Shown: positions 38,358 to 51,558 of the stretch, piece after piece
Layout of the letters: each line of letters begins with the position of its first letter
Numbering within the stretch: the first letter of the stretch is position 1
DNA from: Girardia tigrina
Taxonomy: Eukaryota
Length of the DNA: 64,000 bases
Direction of reading: 5' to 3'
Assembly: GCA_001938485.1 (NCBI GenBank)
Contig: MQRK01230236.1
Coordinates: forward strand, 1 to 64,000
Made by a program: the position numbers and the translations under genes
Notes under the pieces: model-generated
Seen by the model: only the letters and a program-made list of their open reading frames with translations
Told to the model about the DNA's origin: nothing
Database searches by the model: none

Positions 38358-38391
<34 letters not shown>

Positions 38392-38392
38392 A

Positions 38393-38575
38393 NNNNNNNN
38401 NNNNNNNNNNNNNNNNNNNNNNNNNNNNNNNNNNNNNNNNNNNNNNNNNNNNNNNNNNNNNNNNNNNNNNNNNNNNNNNNNNNNNNNNNNNNNNNNNNNN
38501 NNNNNNNNNNNNNNNNNNNNNNNNNNNNNNNNNNNNNNNNNNNNNNNNNNNNNNNNNNNNNNNNNNNNNNNNNNN
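38393..38575. other. Assembly gap adjoining a (TA)n microsatellite
   Basis: Run of N preceded by imperfect (TA)n at 38330-38392. Confidence 1.
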
Positions 38576-38967
38576 TTGATTGAAAATACATTACATACAA
38601 ATAACGAATTACAATTATAATATTAAATACAGAGCATTTTTCTGTAAATTCGTTTCATAAAGGAATTTTATGCAAATCAATTTATAAAAATTCCCCTGAA
38701 AGTGTATCTCTCAGATAATCTATTTCCTCAAAATCTCATCGTGCAACCGAATAATTCTATGACGTTTCCATCAATATCGTTGCAACAGAAGATCGTTCCT
38801 TAGAAATCTTTGAACAATAGACACAAATCGAAACCGAAATTTATCCTCTCTCGTATTGGTTCTATATGTTTATTTATATTGCGTAAAAATAAAGTTTTAT
38901 ACATATTTATCTTTATTTTTGTTACGTTAAATGAGCTCACTGAAACACGTTTTCAGTTAGCTCTTTT

Positions 38968-39009
<42 letters not shown>

Positions 39010-39030
39010 ATTTATAATAATTATTATTAT

Positions 39031-40100
39031 TGTAAGGGGGTGTTATTGATAATTTTTCAATTTTCAAAAATATTGTGTTTCATAAAATTTTGTGTTACTT
39101 AAAATTTCCAATTATAATAGAAATTAAAAAAATATCGGAAATTAAAAATTAAAAAATGTTTTGTTTAAAGACAAATTTTTACCTTTTGTATTTTTAATAA
39201 ATTTTAGTTTCTCGGGACATCGTTGGAATTATTACTATGAGATATTTCTGACATCAAAACTTTTATTATACCATACCAATACCATGTTTAAATCTAATAT
39301 TTAAACAAACTTATTATTTTTTCTGAGAAACAATTTGTTTTATAAATCTTAAACCAATATAAATAAAAATACTTATAAATATTCATATTTGATTTTTTCA
39401 TTACTTTTATAAATCAATTTTAAATTACGATAACATTTTAAAATATTTAATCGTTTCATTTAATTTTTTTAATTTTTTTTAAAATCGTTCCACATAAAAA
39501 TTATACATTTTACTTTTTATATTTATACTCTCAAAATTTTTTTATTATTAGCAATTTAATTGATCTTCTTAATTTTAGTAATTTTATTTTTTCAAACGTT
39601 ACATATTTAATTATATAAAAATTTTAATTTGTACATATTTAATATAACCTTCTTTCAAAAATTTTCATAGCATTTTTAATTCATAACAATAAATATCGAA
39701 AGTATTAAGGTCTTCTTTAATTAAGAAAATATAAATAAACATGGTGGTGACGCTACCTCATTGTATTACAAACTGTCTGATTTCCGATATGTTCCAGACC
39801 GCAGAAGATCTAGAAGATTTTTATTTATTGTTGCAAGAAGATATTTTGAAGCAACGGAAATTAACCTAAAAATGAAAGACATGTTTACACAATAATATAT
39901 GAAGACATTTAGGAAGCTTATGAAAACGCGGCTGAAAAAGCTGATAATTTTGAGGACGGGCTACGACTAGCATTCGAAAGGCAGAAAGAAACCTCAACGG
40001 ATTTAGAAAAGCTGGTAAGATATCACAAATGGGCTGATACGCACAGACGTTTTTCAAAAAAAGTAAACAAACTAGTCAAAAATGAGTTGTCACCTAGACT
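39031..40100 (+). mobile_element. LTR retrotransposon 5' remnant: LTR (39031-39741), PBS-like TGGTGG, decayed gag-like ORF
   Basis: TGTAAG...AAACA followed directly by TGGTGGTGACG. Downstream broken ORF MFQTAEDLEDF...EAYENAAEKADNFEDGLRLAF. The LTR body is repeated at 49620-52730. Confidence 0.55.
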
Positions 40101-40592
40101 CGAGTAAGAAGAGCTAAAAATTTTCAAAATTTTATTTAACACTTCGAAATTGTTAATGTCTCAAGCAAATCCATTTTGACAAACTCGAAATCCTTCCAAA
40201 ATAATTAAGTAGTTTAAACAATAACCAATTCGTTCAGTTGATAATCAAATGTTTGTAAAATAAAATCGTAAAACCGAAACTTGCTATCGTAAATCTTTTA
40301 CAAAGATACAACAAAAATGTAGTAAAAATGATCAGTCTCTCACAAGACTCGCTCTGATTGATTAACTAACCCGAGCGACTCAATTGATTCGAATTTGTCC
40401 CCAACTAGTCAGTACGATAATACTCAGCACATATTCTGGTACGATAATAACAAAAGAATAAAGAATTCTTTGTTCGGAATTTGAATCTTAATTATTAAAA
40501 AGTTAATTATTATTTTTTTAAACTATTATTATTTTTTTAAAATTTCTTTTTTTTAATTATGTAAATTAATTTAATTATATTACTTATAAATT

Positions 40593-40996
40593 AACTAGTA
40601 AACAATAAAAAATTTTGATATATATTCTAAATGTGGGTAGAACACTACTGGGCCAACAGAATGTTTTTAAAATTTTCTATTGTTTTTTTTGAAAATATTT
40701 TTAAATTAAAATTTCTATAATTAAGTTAACTTAAATTTCAATTTTCGATTCTCCATAGAATTTTCCCGAATATTTTAATCTCATATGAAGATGATAATTG
40801 AGCATTCGAATCATTTCAAGGGAAACATTTATTTTTAATTTTTTAATGTTTTTATTGCTTTTTTGTTTAATTTAAAGAAATTCGTAATTAAAAAAATATT
40901 TAAAAAAACAATAAAAAATTAAAAAATTCTGTTGGTCAAGTAGAGTTTTGCCAGCATAAAGCATGGATATCAAAATGTTTTTTTGATTTACTAGTT
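40593..40996. mobile_element. Foldback/MITE with diverged ~115-bp TIRs
   Basis: AACTAGTAAA...CCAACAGAAT mirrored by ATTCTGTTGG...TTTACTAGTT. Confidence 0.65.
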
Positions 40997-41267
40997 GGAC
41001 ATGAAATCGGTTTACTGGATAATTTTTATTTTTTGCGTAATATAAACTACTTATAATTTATAAGTATATCTTTTTATACTATTATTGTTCAGGAACTCCG
41101 ATTTGGCCGTTTTGTTCCTATTCTAAGACCTTAAAAAGCTTTTTTGATGAAATTTTAACATTATCATTTATTGTCATCGAAAATTAGTAAGTGTGCAATG
41201 TTCGAAAAAATTAATTGAATAAAAAAGCCTCTAAAAATAAGTTTCTAAATTACATGGATATATAATA

Positions 41268-41366
41268 TTGGGTGTACAACTAATTAATTTCGTATTTATT
41301 TGTTAAAAAAAACCATTTATTTAAGTATAAAAGTGAAAAAAAATACGAAATTAATTAGTTGTACAC

Positions 41367-41370
<4 letters not shown>
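41268..41370. mobile_element. 103-bp mariner-derived MITE
   Basis: TA-flanked ~30-bp TIR TT(G/A)GGTGTACAACTAATTAATTTCGTATTT. Confidence 0.85.
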
Positions 41371-41404
<34 letters not shown>

Positions 41405-41629
41405 CTAGTAAAAAGATTGGAAAGACCTGAAAACTTATACATATCTAAAAAATATCAAAAGGGAAGTAGCAAATGTTGGAAACTTGATCAAAGAGCAGAA
41501 TTGCCAAAATATACAGCTCTAGATATTTTACGTAAAAGCAGATTTTTTTTTGTAAAGGTATCAACGTGTTCCAGTATTGCTACCACTAAATTTTTAACGC
41601 CTTTTTAAATTTGCATTGTTATGTTTTGA

Positions 41630-41780
41630 GTGATTATATTGAGTGATGAAGCTCACTTTCATTCGCATAGATACATTTAATCACGAATTTGTGAATTGTG
41701 TTCTGAAGATAAGCCTCGGACAAGTGTTCCTATTCCGTTATATCATCTAAAAATTATTGTTTAATGCGGTTTTACATAAA
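41630..41780 (+). mobile_element. DD41D-type transposase remnant
   Basis: IILSDEAHFHSHRYI...PIPLYHLKIIV*CGF. Confidence 0.55.
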
Positions 41781-42113
41781 ATTAAACTAGTAAATCATTC
41801 TTTCTGCAGACCGAACTCTACTTTGTAAACAAAGTTTTAATTAAAAACAATAATTAAAAAACCACAACAAAAAATTAAAAATTAATATAGACTGCTTATA
41901 ATTTATAAGTAGATCTTTTTCAATTAATATTGTTCAGGAACTCATATGAGACCGTTTTTTGCCCATCCTGAGACCTTAAAAGGTTTTTTGATAACGTTTT
42001 AGAATTATCATTTATTGTCATCGAGTATGAGTAAGTCTGCGAAGTTTAGAGAAAAATGATTGAGTAAAAAGGCTTCAAAAATAGCTTTCTAAATTCCATG
42101 GATACATATATAT

Positions 42114-42676
42114 TGTGATGGGAACGGAGATCCAGTATGGCCGCGTCCACGATCACTTAATTTCGCAGAATCCGTGAGGCTCCGCGCAGCTTATTGTCCC
42201 ATTTCTGTTGGCGATAGGGGTCACCATCGGATCGTAGGGGAGGAGGACGACCGTGGAATGGCTGATCGCAGTCGACGTGTCGTTAGATCCACCACCAAAT
42301 CGGAACCGAGAACGTAGGACTCCATGAGGATCATCCGTGTGCTCGGGATCCTGAGAAGCACCGCCGGATCCTGAGTAGTGCCGAACGCATCTTGGGGTGC
42401 GGTGTGCGGGAGACGAGTGCTCCCACCGATTTAGGAACTGAGTGAACGGCCATTTCGATTCAAAATCGTCAATTGATCATAGACATCATAAGTAGCGAAT
42501 AATAAAGAACAATCCATTGTTAACATTTATTATTTATCAAACGTACAAATTTTCGAATTTTTTTCATCGTTCATAATTTCAATTTATTTATTTAAACAAA
42601 ACTTTGTCTATTGTGTTTTTTAGACATAATTATTATTGTTAATTTATTTCATTTACTTTTATTGATGGGCACTACA
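42114..42676 (+). mobile_element. Solo LTR (GC-rich 5' half)
   Basis: TGTGATG...CACTACA termini and AATAAA near 42500. Interrupts the (TA)n tract of a HINE-like copy. TSD is not clean. Confidence 0.7.
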
Positions 42677-42762
42677 TAGAAAGTAAGCTAATAAAAAGAA
42701 TGGAAAAAGATATCATTTAAATCACCGTCGCACCTTATAATTTTTTAACTAAATATATACTA

Positions 42763-43005
42763 CAGTAGATACCGCTTAAAGAGAATATTTTTGGGACTTG
42801 AAAAAATGTTCTCTATAACCGATATTTCTCTTTAACAGATACTTTTTTATAAGGATAATTTTTAAAAAAATATCAAAAAAAACTTTACTAATCAATACAT
42901 TTTATTTTTAAAAAAAAAGTTCCAAAAGTTAAAAAAAAAACCAAAAAGTTCTCTTTAACCGATTTTATTCTCTTTAAGCAAGTTCTCTATAAGCGAAATC
43001 TATTG
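42763..43005. mobile_element. pogo/Tigger-like MITE
   Basis: TA|CAGTAGATACCGCTTAAAGAGAA ... TTCTCTATAAGCGAAATCTATTG|TA with internal TTCTCT(A/T)TAA repeats. Confidence 0.8.
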
Positions 43006-44368
43006 TATTACGTTAGATTAAAATATGAAATTAATTTTTAGATGAAAATTAATTCAGTTTTTAAGTTAGAATATTGAAGAATAAAACTTTTGAATCTTCG
43101 TATCAAGAAGTTATTTTATAACTTTCTTAATTAATGAAAAGTATATTAACAAAATTATTTTACATGAATTTCGTTGACAAAAATTTTGATGAAAAATGTT
43201 TGATGAAAGTAATGCAACCATTTCTTGTTATAAGTTCACTAATGAGAGATGTTCATATAAATTTATTGTCAAAATTTCGGAAAATTCAGTACGAAGAAGT
43301 TTTAAAAATGTTCTTAAACGATGTATCTTCACGCATTACTTGAGTTTCTCGAATACCAAACTGCTCAAGTGGAAAGTAGTTAAGTTGTAAACGCCCTATT
43401 TTTATTGCAAAGTTTCAAATTTCTTTTGAAGCTTTAATAATGCAAGCAAATATTTTAACATTAAATTGTGATTTTTCAGTACAATTGATACTATGATAAT
43501 AAATAAAGATGTATCTAAATTTTACAGAGAAATAGCTATTTTAATAGTAAATATTAAATAAAACTTTCTTACAATTTTTTCAAAGTTTTAAAAAGATATT
43601 TAAAAATAAAAGATCCCCAAATAAATTGTTTATATAATCAACTGATTTCTAAATTGTGAAGTATGTTCTGAAATGTTTCTTGTATTATATTTTAGATTTT
43701 ATGTGTTGATTCGGATTGTGTCTCTCCTATCCAGATGGTATATAATAACTGATTGGTATTTTCTTTGATTCTTATTAATTGAAAATAATTTAATTTTAAA
43801 GTAAAAATATTTAAAATATGTTTCAAATGTAATACTTAAATTTTCACACGTAGTATTTAATTTTTAATGTAATTTAAAAATTTTAATATATTAATTTAAT
43901 TGGTACTTTTTCATAAAATTGTTTAGACTTGATTTTAATCAAGGAGAGTTTTGATAATTAATTTATATCATAAATATATTAGAATTGTTTTCAAAAAACT
44001 AGGATGGCACATAAAAAAATAACATTCAAGAAAGATGTCACATAGTGAAAGTGATTTGAAGAGTTGTTGTAATGACAATTTTATTTTTAATAATAATAAA
44101 TGTTCAAGATATCATATTGATTTGTTATTATAAATCATGTACAATCAGTTTAGAAACTTCCGAAGGGATGGTTTATCTACTACAAAATGTTTACTCGTTT
44201 TTCTGTGAATGGCTTTACCAAAATTAATTGCCAAGATTCATTGTTTATAGTTTTAAATTATCAGGGCCAAAAATTTGGAATAAAGAGGCTTTACGGCTTT
44301 CTTATGTTTAAACATTTATGCGTAAACACCTTAAAATAAGTCTTAAATAAAGGTTAACTCTCCATGTA

Positions 44369-46195
44369 CGTAAGCTGTCCAAAAAGTTCTCAACCTAACA
44401 CAACTATGACATTATAAACAGCAGGAAGATAGGTGTGTTAGAAATTCACATATGTCATATGAACACATGTTAAATTTCATTATGTGTCATTTCTTTCTTT
44501 GTTTAAAAGTCATTTAAAATTAACTTGACACTGATTTTTTTAGTAATAGATAAATTCAATAATCAGGTGGTAATAGAATATTTATTTATGAAAGGATTAA
44601 AAGGAGAATAAATTCATACTGATATTGTGAACGTGTTAGGTGAAAGTACTCCTTCGTATGCCACAGTAAAAAAATTGGATTTGGGAATTTAAACATGGTC
44701 ATAAAAGCATTGAAGATGAATCACGTAGTGGATGTCCAAAAACTGCAACAACATCAGAAATCGTTCCTAAAGAACATTAAATGGTGTTAGACGATCGGCG
44801 TGTCAAAGTACGTGAAAAAGCTGATGCCATGGACATCTCAAAAGATCGAGTTCAATATATTTTACATGACGAATTACACGTGAAAAAGCTTTGTAGGAGA
44901 TGGGTACTGCATTTGTTAATGATCGATCAAAAACGCTTTCGAATGAGAAATTCTCCAGCTTGTTTGGATCATTTCAGACAAAAAATAGGTGGATTTTAAA
45001 CGTCGTTTCATAACTGTTGATGAAACATAAATCCACCATTATACACCAAAAATAAAACAATTGTCAAAACTCTGAGGAATATTTTAAATTGTTTGAATAT
45101 GTTTAGGTATTGATGCTGTATGTTGATTGGAGTATGTTGAACTTAGAATGGTGATTCTCCCACCCAAAGGGAAATTAGTATTTTTTTAAAATTTAAAGTG
45201 ATTGCATATTCGAACATAATTAAATTATACTTCGATAAGTTTATGTTTTTAAAATTAAAAATTAAAATCATGTTTAATATTTTTTAAAAAGAAAAGCATT
45301 TGATTAGATATAAATAAAATTAATAAAATTTAAATTAAATTAATTTTTAACAATTCGATAACATTTTAATTATTTTGGGTTTTTATTAAGAAATGGTTAA
45401 AATTATTATTTTTAATTAATATTTTTAAAAATTAAATATTTTAAAAAGATTTAGAAAAATTGTTCAAATAATCATGATTAAAAAGAGAAATAATAAAACT
45501 AATTCGAACAATGTCAAACTGTGAAATATCTTCCGAGAGTTGTAATGACTCTAATTGTGATAATAATAAAAATTCAAAGGAAAATTGTCTCAATGTTATA
45601 AACAAAATAAATGGATTGAAGCTGGTGGAAGTGCACCAAAGAAGGCTAAAACAGTTCCATCAACGGGGAAAATTATGACAATTTTTTTGGATTACAAAGG
45701 TGTTTTATGAATCAATTATCTTGAGAAAGGTAAAACAGTCAACTTTGAATATTGCTCAAGACTTTTGTATCACCTGGATGCAATAATTCGTGAGAAAAGA
45801 TATGGTTTGGTAAAGAAAAAAATCATTTTTCAGGAAGACAATCCACCTGCTCACAAAAGTGGTTTGACGATGGCTAAATTGAATGAATTGAAGTACAAAT
45901 TGCTTGATCACCCACCGCCTTCGCCAGATTTGGTTCCTAATGACTATTATTTGTTTCCTAACCTAAATAAAGTTCCTTGCCGGAAAGCGTTTGACATCAA
46001 ATGAAGCTATTGCAATTGTAAACGGATATTTTGCACAGCTCAGAGAAAATCATTTTAATCAAGGGATATAATTGCTAGAGAAACGTTGGAATAAATGTAT
46101 TAATGTTTTGAGAGATTATATTAAAAAATAAATAAATCTTTTCAAATTTAACTTTTTTTTCATTGTTAGGTTATGAATTTTTCAGACAGCCCACG
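44369..46195 (+). mobile_element. Mariner DD34D (irritans-like) pseudogene interrupted by an insertion at 45071-45605
   Basis: TA-flanked ~32-bp imperfect TIRs. WVLHLL, ITVDET, FQED-(34 aa)-D with SPDLVPND. Confidence 0.92.
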
Positions 46196-46271
46196 TAAAT
46201 TATTACTCACAATTTTTATCAATTATTCGCGTTCTTTAATTAGAACAATTGTCAAAACAGTTATCACATAA

Positions 46272-46803
46272 TTTTATATTCCCACTCATGAATTCGTCAA
46301 ATTGGCGATAAATGAGTGATAAAGCGGTCGGAAGGACTTCTCTGTTGATTAGTTACACAAAAATACATGAGTCCACTACCATTGATAAGTCTCTGGAGCA
46401 ATCTGAAAACTACTTTAACTGAAAGCTACCTTAGAGGCAAGGTTATTCTACTTGATAAAAAAACTAACATGTTAAACTACTGACGAGGGTCTAATACACC
46501 GGTATAACAGTGACTCATATTTTGCACTGAAGACTCATGAGTCTTCAGTGCAAAATATGAGTCACTGTTATACCGGTGTATTAGACCCTCGTCAGTAGTT
46601 TAACATGTTAGTTTTTTTATCAAGTAGAATAACCTTGCCTCTAAGGTAGCTTTCAGTTAAAGTAGTTTTCAGATTGCTCCAGAGACTTATCAATGGTAGT
46701 GGACTCATGTATTTTTGTGTAACTAATCAACAGAGAAGTCCTTCCGACCGCTTTATCACTCATTTATCGCCAATTTGACGAATTCATGAGTGGGAATATA
46801 AAA
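46272..46803. repeat. 532-bp perfect palindrome (266-bp arms, no spacer)
   Basis: Centre at TCA|TGA 46537/46538. The arms match without mismatch by eye. Confidence 0.95.
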
Positions 46804-48139
46804 AGATTCGAGTATTTAAAATGTGTCCTTTTGTTGAGTTGTCCTTCAATAAAAAAGTTTAATATACAATAAATTACCAAAAATTGTTAAATTAAATCAA
46901 TACATAAAATATTACAAGAATAATAATTTATTTGAATTATAACTATTAATGAACAGGAAACATACAACGAAGAAAAAGTCGATGATCACTTTGAAATGAA
47001 AAGAGGTCGAGAAGAACAACAAACTAAAAGAATTATGTTACTTTAAATTTGAAATTGTTCCAAAAGTACGGGATAATTAAATGAATTATTGAATGAGTGG
47101 ATGAATTTTCTTCGATTTAGGCGTTAGAGAAATTATTGGGTGGTGGGCAATCTGTTTTTGAAATTGCGAATAATCGAATGTTTCGGAATTTGATTTTTCA
47201 TTATCGCAATAAAGAGTACATTGATGAGAGTTCGTTCAAAAATAAATAAAATGATTTTATCATTGATAGCAATAATAATAATAAGGTAGGCTATATTGAA
47301 ACAGAAAATAAAATTGGTCTGGATCCAAAATCTTGAAGAACAAACAATATAATCCAAAATTACATATGAATTGGCAAGCCAGTAAATTCTTGTATTGATT
47401 TATTGATTTTTTAAATTAATATTATCATAGCGATATTTTTATCACTAGGTAATTTTAATTATTATTTTATAATTATTTTATTAATAAATTTTATTTATTT
47501 TCTGTCATTTCGGGGCGAACTATTTGGGGTGGCGAATTAATGAATCGCTTCCCGAACAGTACTGGTCCCGAGAGACCATGTGGTGTCGATAAACATAAAA
47601 TAAATAAACACAATAAAAACGTGTACATGTAAGTAATTGTAATTATTATTACAGAAACAACAAGTAATTGTAATAATATCAAAAAATCATCCTTAAATAA
47701 TTATTCTCTTAAAATTTAATTTGTTGTAATTATAATTTTATTTCTAATAATAATAAATGTTCAAGATATCATATTGATTTGTTAATATAAATCATTCACA
47801 ATCAGTTTAGAAACTTCCGTAGGGATGGTTTATCTACTACGAAATGTTTACTCATTTTTCTGTGAATGGTTTTACCAAAATTAATTGCCAAGATTCATTG
47901 TTTATAATTATAAATTATCAGGGCCAAATAAAAGAGAATCATGTGAAGCATTGTTAATAAGATCTTGTGATCCGAAAATCAAAGTTCAAACGATACTCTG
48001 AACTACTTTGTCTAAACGTACGAAAGAACTTGCCCAATTATTCTGATCTTTTCATTAACAATAAAAAATTCAATGACAATAAATTTTTTTACGTTTATCA
48101 TAATTTATTTAATTTCTAAAATAAAATATGAAGTAAAAT

Positions 48140-49154
48140 TGTGAAGTAATATTTTTACGTTTTTGAAAGAAAATTATATTAATAATAAAATATTAACAAA
48201 ACTTAAATGTCGTTTTGGATCAAAATAACAATTAAAGTTTCGTGATATGTTTAAATTATCCTTATCGAACCGTTTTATCAAAGTTTTATCGAGAAAAATT
48301 GGACAGAACATTTGCGATTGAAAGAGGCCGTAAAATAAAATTAATCAAAGTTTAATAGAAATAAATTTATAATAAAAATAATTATATAGCTATATTACAT
48401 GGTTTTTTTACTCTTTTAAACAAAGCAATAAAGACTTATTATACAAAAAGCGTAACTATTGAACATTTTTTACATTTATTATTTATACATAGTTTTTCTT
48501 TTATTTATTTATTTTCTTTGAATTAACACAACATAAAATTTATAAAAAATAAGCATATATACATGCAAAAATAATATGAACGCAAAACATTTTTTATTTA
48601 GAACTGACACAACAGGCTAATTAAATAATTTAATATGTTTGACCTTTTTATTTTTATTAAGAACACCAACATGGGTTTTCGAACTTTTATTTTCAATACA
48701 ATTAGAATTGTCCTTTGGACAACTCTCAGCAAAACTCTCGTCATTCGACATCGTTATAAATTGATAATTTTTTATTAATGTTTGTTAATAAACAATTATT
48801 CGAACAAATTTTTCATTATTTTCAGATTTTATTTTTACTGTTCAAATTTTGTAATTTTAGTTATAATTTTATTTACATATTAATTTTATTTAAAAAATAT
48901 TTTATTGAAAGAAAGAACATTTATTTAATTCAAAACTTAGTTAAACTTATTTACTTTATTTAAATTTTAATATGAAAATTTGAAACGATTTAATATTTTT
49001 AAAGTTTTTAAATATCTTATGTTGTTCTTTAAAATGCAAATTATACTCGAATAATTATTTATCGTGAACATCTAAAATATCAATTTTTCATCTGGGTGGG
49101 AGAAACACATTTCAAAACGAATTTCAACATACCAAATTTAAAATATTCCTCACA
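48140..49154 (-). mobile_element. TGTGA...TCACA family element (LTR-like), most complete copy
   Basis: Termini TGTGAAGTAATATTTT and (reverse complement) TGTGAGGAATATTTT. Internal TCTCCCACCCAGATG motif and short ORF MSNDESFAESCPKDN. No direct TSD. Confidence 0.55.
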
Positions 49155-49686
49155 ATTTTGATGAAAGAAGACAAGAAAATTATGCAATTCTTCAACATAA
49201 TACTACGATTTATACTGTTTAAATGAAAAAACAATTATTACCTTTACATTCCAATAGGACTGGTTAGTTCCATAAAATATTCGATTGACTTGTAAACAGA
49301 CTGATGACGTAAAATACTTATCTTTTACTATCAGGATACATTGGATATTTATTGTCAATTTTTAGAAATCTTAAATATTAAATGGTCACCGGTGTAAAAA
49401 CTCACAAATTGGAGATCATTAATTCCTGATACCCAGTTAGGTATACTTTCATGTATTGTTCCTATGAAACTGGACATGTTGAATTCCCGTCTCTAGGCGA
49501 AATTCTGTGAATTGCCAAATAATATATGTAAAATAATGTTTGTAAAATATCAGTTAACCTTTAACCCATTCAATATACATACATATTTAATCGAGTAAAA
49601 TGGCTGTGTTGCGAGTTTGTGTGGGACAGTATTTGAAATGAACATCATTGAAACTATTAGATGTTTTTGGAACATCCTCGGAATTA

Positions 49687-51157
49687 CAGTCCGTCGCATA
49701 TTTATTAGAACGGATGAAATTTGATTGAAATATTTGAATTTTAAATTTTTGAATAAATAATTATTTCAAGGTTAAATATATTTTAAATTTAACAAATTTT
49801 ATTTACAGGTATCTTGTTTTAATAACATGTTTAAACGTTTATTATTTAAATTCATTTAATATTTATTAGAACGATTTTATATTTAATTTATTTGTAAATA
49901 TTATTTGTGTTTATGTTATATAATTCAGGTTAGATGTATGATTTAAATATTTTTATTTATTTTAGAAATTATTATGAATCATAATATTGAAATATTAAGA
50001 TATAGGCAAGCTGGAATGTCGTTAGGAAAATTAGATAAAAAATATGGAATAGTAAAGTCAGATACCCATTATATTGTTAACTCTAGGGAAAACGAAAAAA
50101 AGAAAGACTGGACCAAAAGAAAAATTAACCAAAGGCGATAAACGAAGGATCAAAACCGTTCTCCAAATGAAGGCTACCGAAAATGCTAAATATTCAAGTA
50201 ATGACCTAATAAAAGAGTTAGATTTGTCAGTTTCAAAAAGTACGGTTTGCAGAACACTGAAGTGTTTAAATTTCAATTATAAAGATTTGCCGTCAAAATT
50301 TTGTCTTAGCAAAAAAATGAAGCAAAGACGAGTTGACGTAGTAAAGCGATATATTGTAGACGGCATAAAATGGGGACGAGTGGTATTTTCCGATGAGAAA
50401 TTGTTTACTCTTCACGGATGTAACTCTTTTTATTCCTGGGCTAAGGGAAGTCAGTCACCACAACGTGTACGAAAGGTTTTGCGATCATTGGGATTTATGG
50501 TGTTGGCAATGCTAATGCCGAATGGCTTATTATCATATACCATAATGAAGGGTCGACAAAAAACCGAGGTTTACATTCGAATATTATCGAGCCGAGCATT
50601 AAAAATCATAGAGCTCAACTTGGGCAAAGATTTTATATTCCAACAAGATAACTGCCCAATCCATAAATCTGCTCTAGCCAAAAAATTCTTTAAAGATTCC
50701 AAGGTGACGCTTTTAGATTTGCCGCCATATATCCCAGACTTAAACCTAATCGAAAACGTTTGAGCAATATTATCACAAGAGATTTATGGTTCAGGAACAA
50801 TAAAGAATTTAAAAGAATTGGAATATAAATTAAAGCTGGCTATTACCAACTTAAACGAAACCAAAGGTTCCGTAACCGAAAACTTATATAAATCGATTCC
50901 TGCGTGACTCTGTGAAGTACTTCAATGTCACGGAGAACGCATCAAATACTGACATATCAATATTTACTTTTCGTTCTAATAAATGTGAAATAGTATATTT
51001 CTTTAATTTATATATCATCTTAAGATTATGCACTTTTCAGAAAATTTATTTTATATATTGATTACATCATAAATATATTAGTAAAACGTTAATTGTTAAT
51101 AAAAATTAGCAACTGCTATCATATATTAGACCGTTCTAATAAATATGCGACGGACTG
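49687..51157 (+). mobile_element. Tc1 DD34E transposon (IR/DR-type ends), near full-length pseudogene
   Basis: TA TSD, identical 27-bp TIR CAGTCCGTCGCATATTTATTAGAACGG. ORF 50074-50763 VFSDEK..FQQD-(34 aa)-E, premature TGA at a Trp codon. Confidence 0.95.
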
Positions 51158-51558
51158 TATTATTAAGATTTACTTCAGACATCCAAACTTAATTAAACAA
51201 CAGAAAAATTTTTAATCTAATATTTGAACAACTTATTTTTTGAGAAACAATTTGTTATATAAATCATAAACCGATATAAATAAAATACTTATAAATATTC
51301 ATATTTGATTTTAATTTTATACATCCATTTTAAATTACGATAACATTTTAAAATATTTCATCGTTTCGTTTAATTTTATTGATTTTTTAAAAATCGTTAC
51401 ACGTTTAAAAATTATACATTTTAATTTTTAAAATATATTTAAAACTCTCAAAATTTTTAATTATTAACAGTTTAATTAGAACTTCTTAATTTTAGTGATT
51501 TCTTTTTTCAAACTTTACATATTTAAGTATATATAAATTTTAATTTGTACATATTTAA

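Larger units (their letters stand above)
41040..42708 (-). repeat. Two adjacent copies of a Helentron/DINE-1-like (HINE) repeat (about 41040-41423 and 41885-42708)
   Basis: Shared ~220-bp body ending TTTCTAAATT(C/A)CATGGA-(TA)n-...AGCTA(A/G)TAAAAAGA.TGGAAA. Other copies at about 400-530, 6990-7165 and 55330-55612. The family assignment is inference. Confidence 0.6.
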
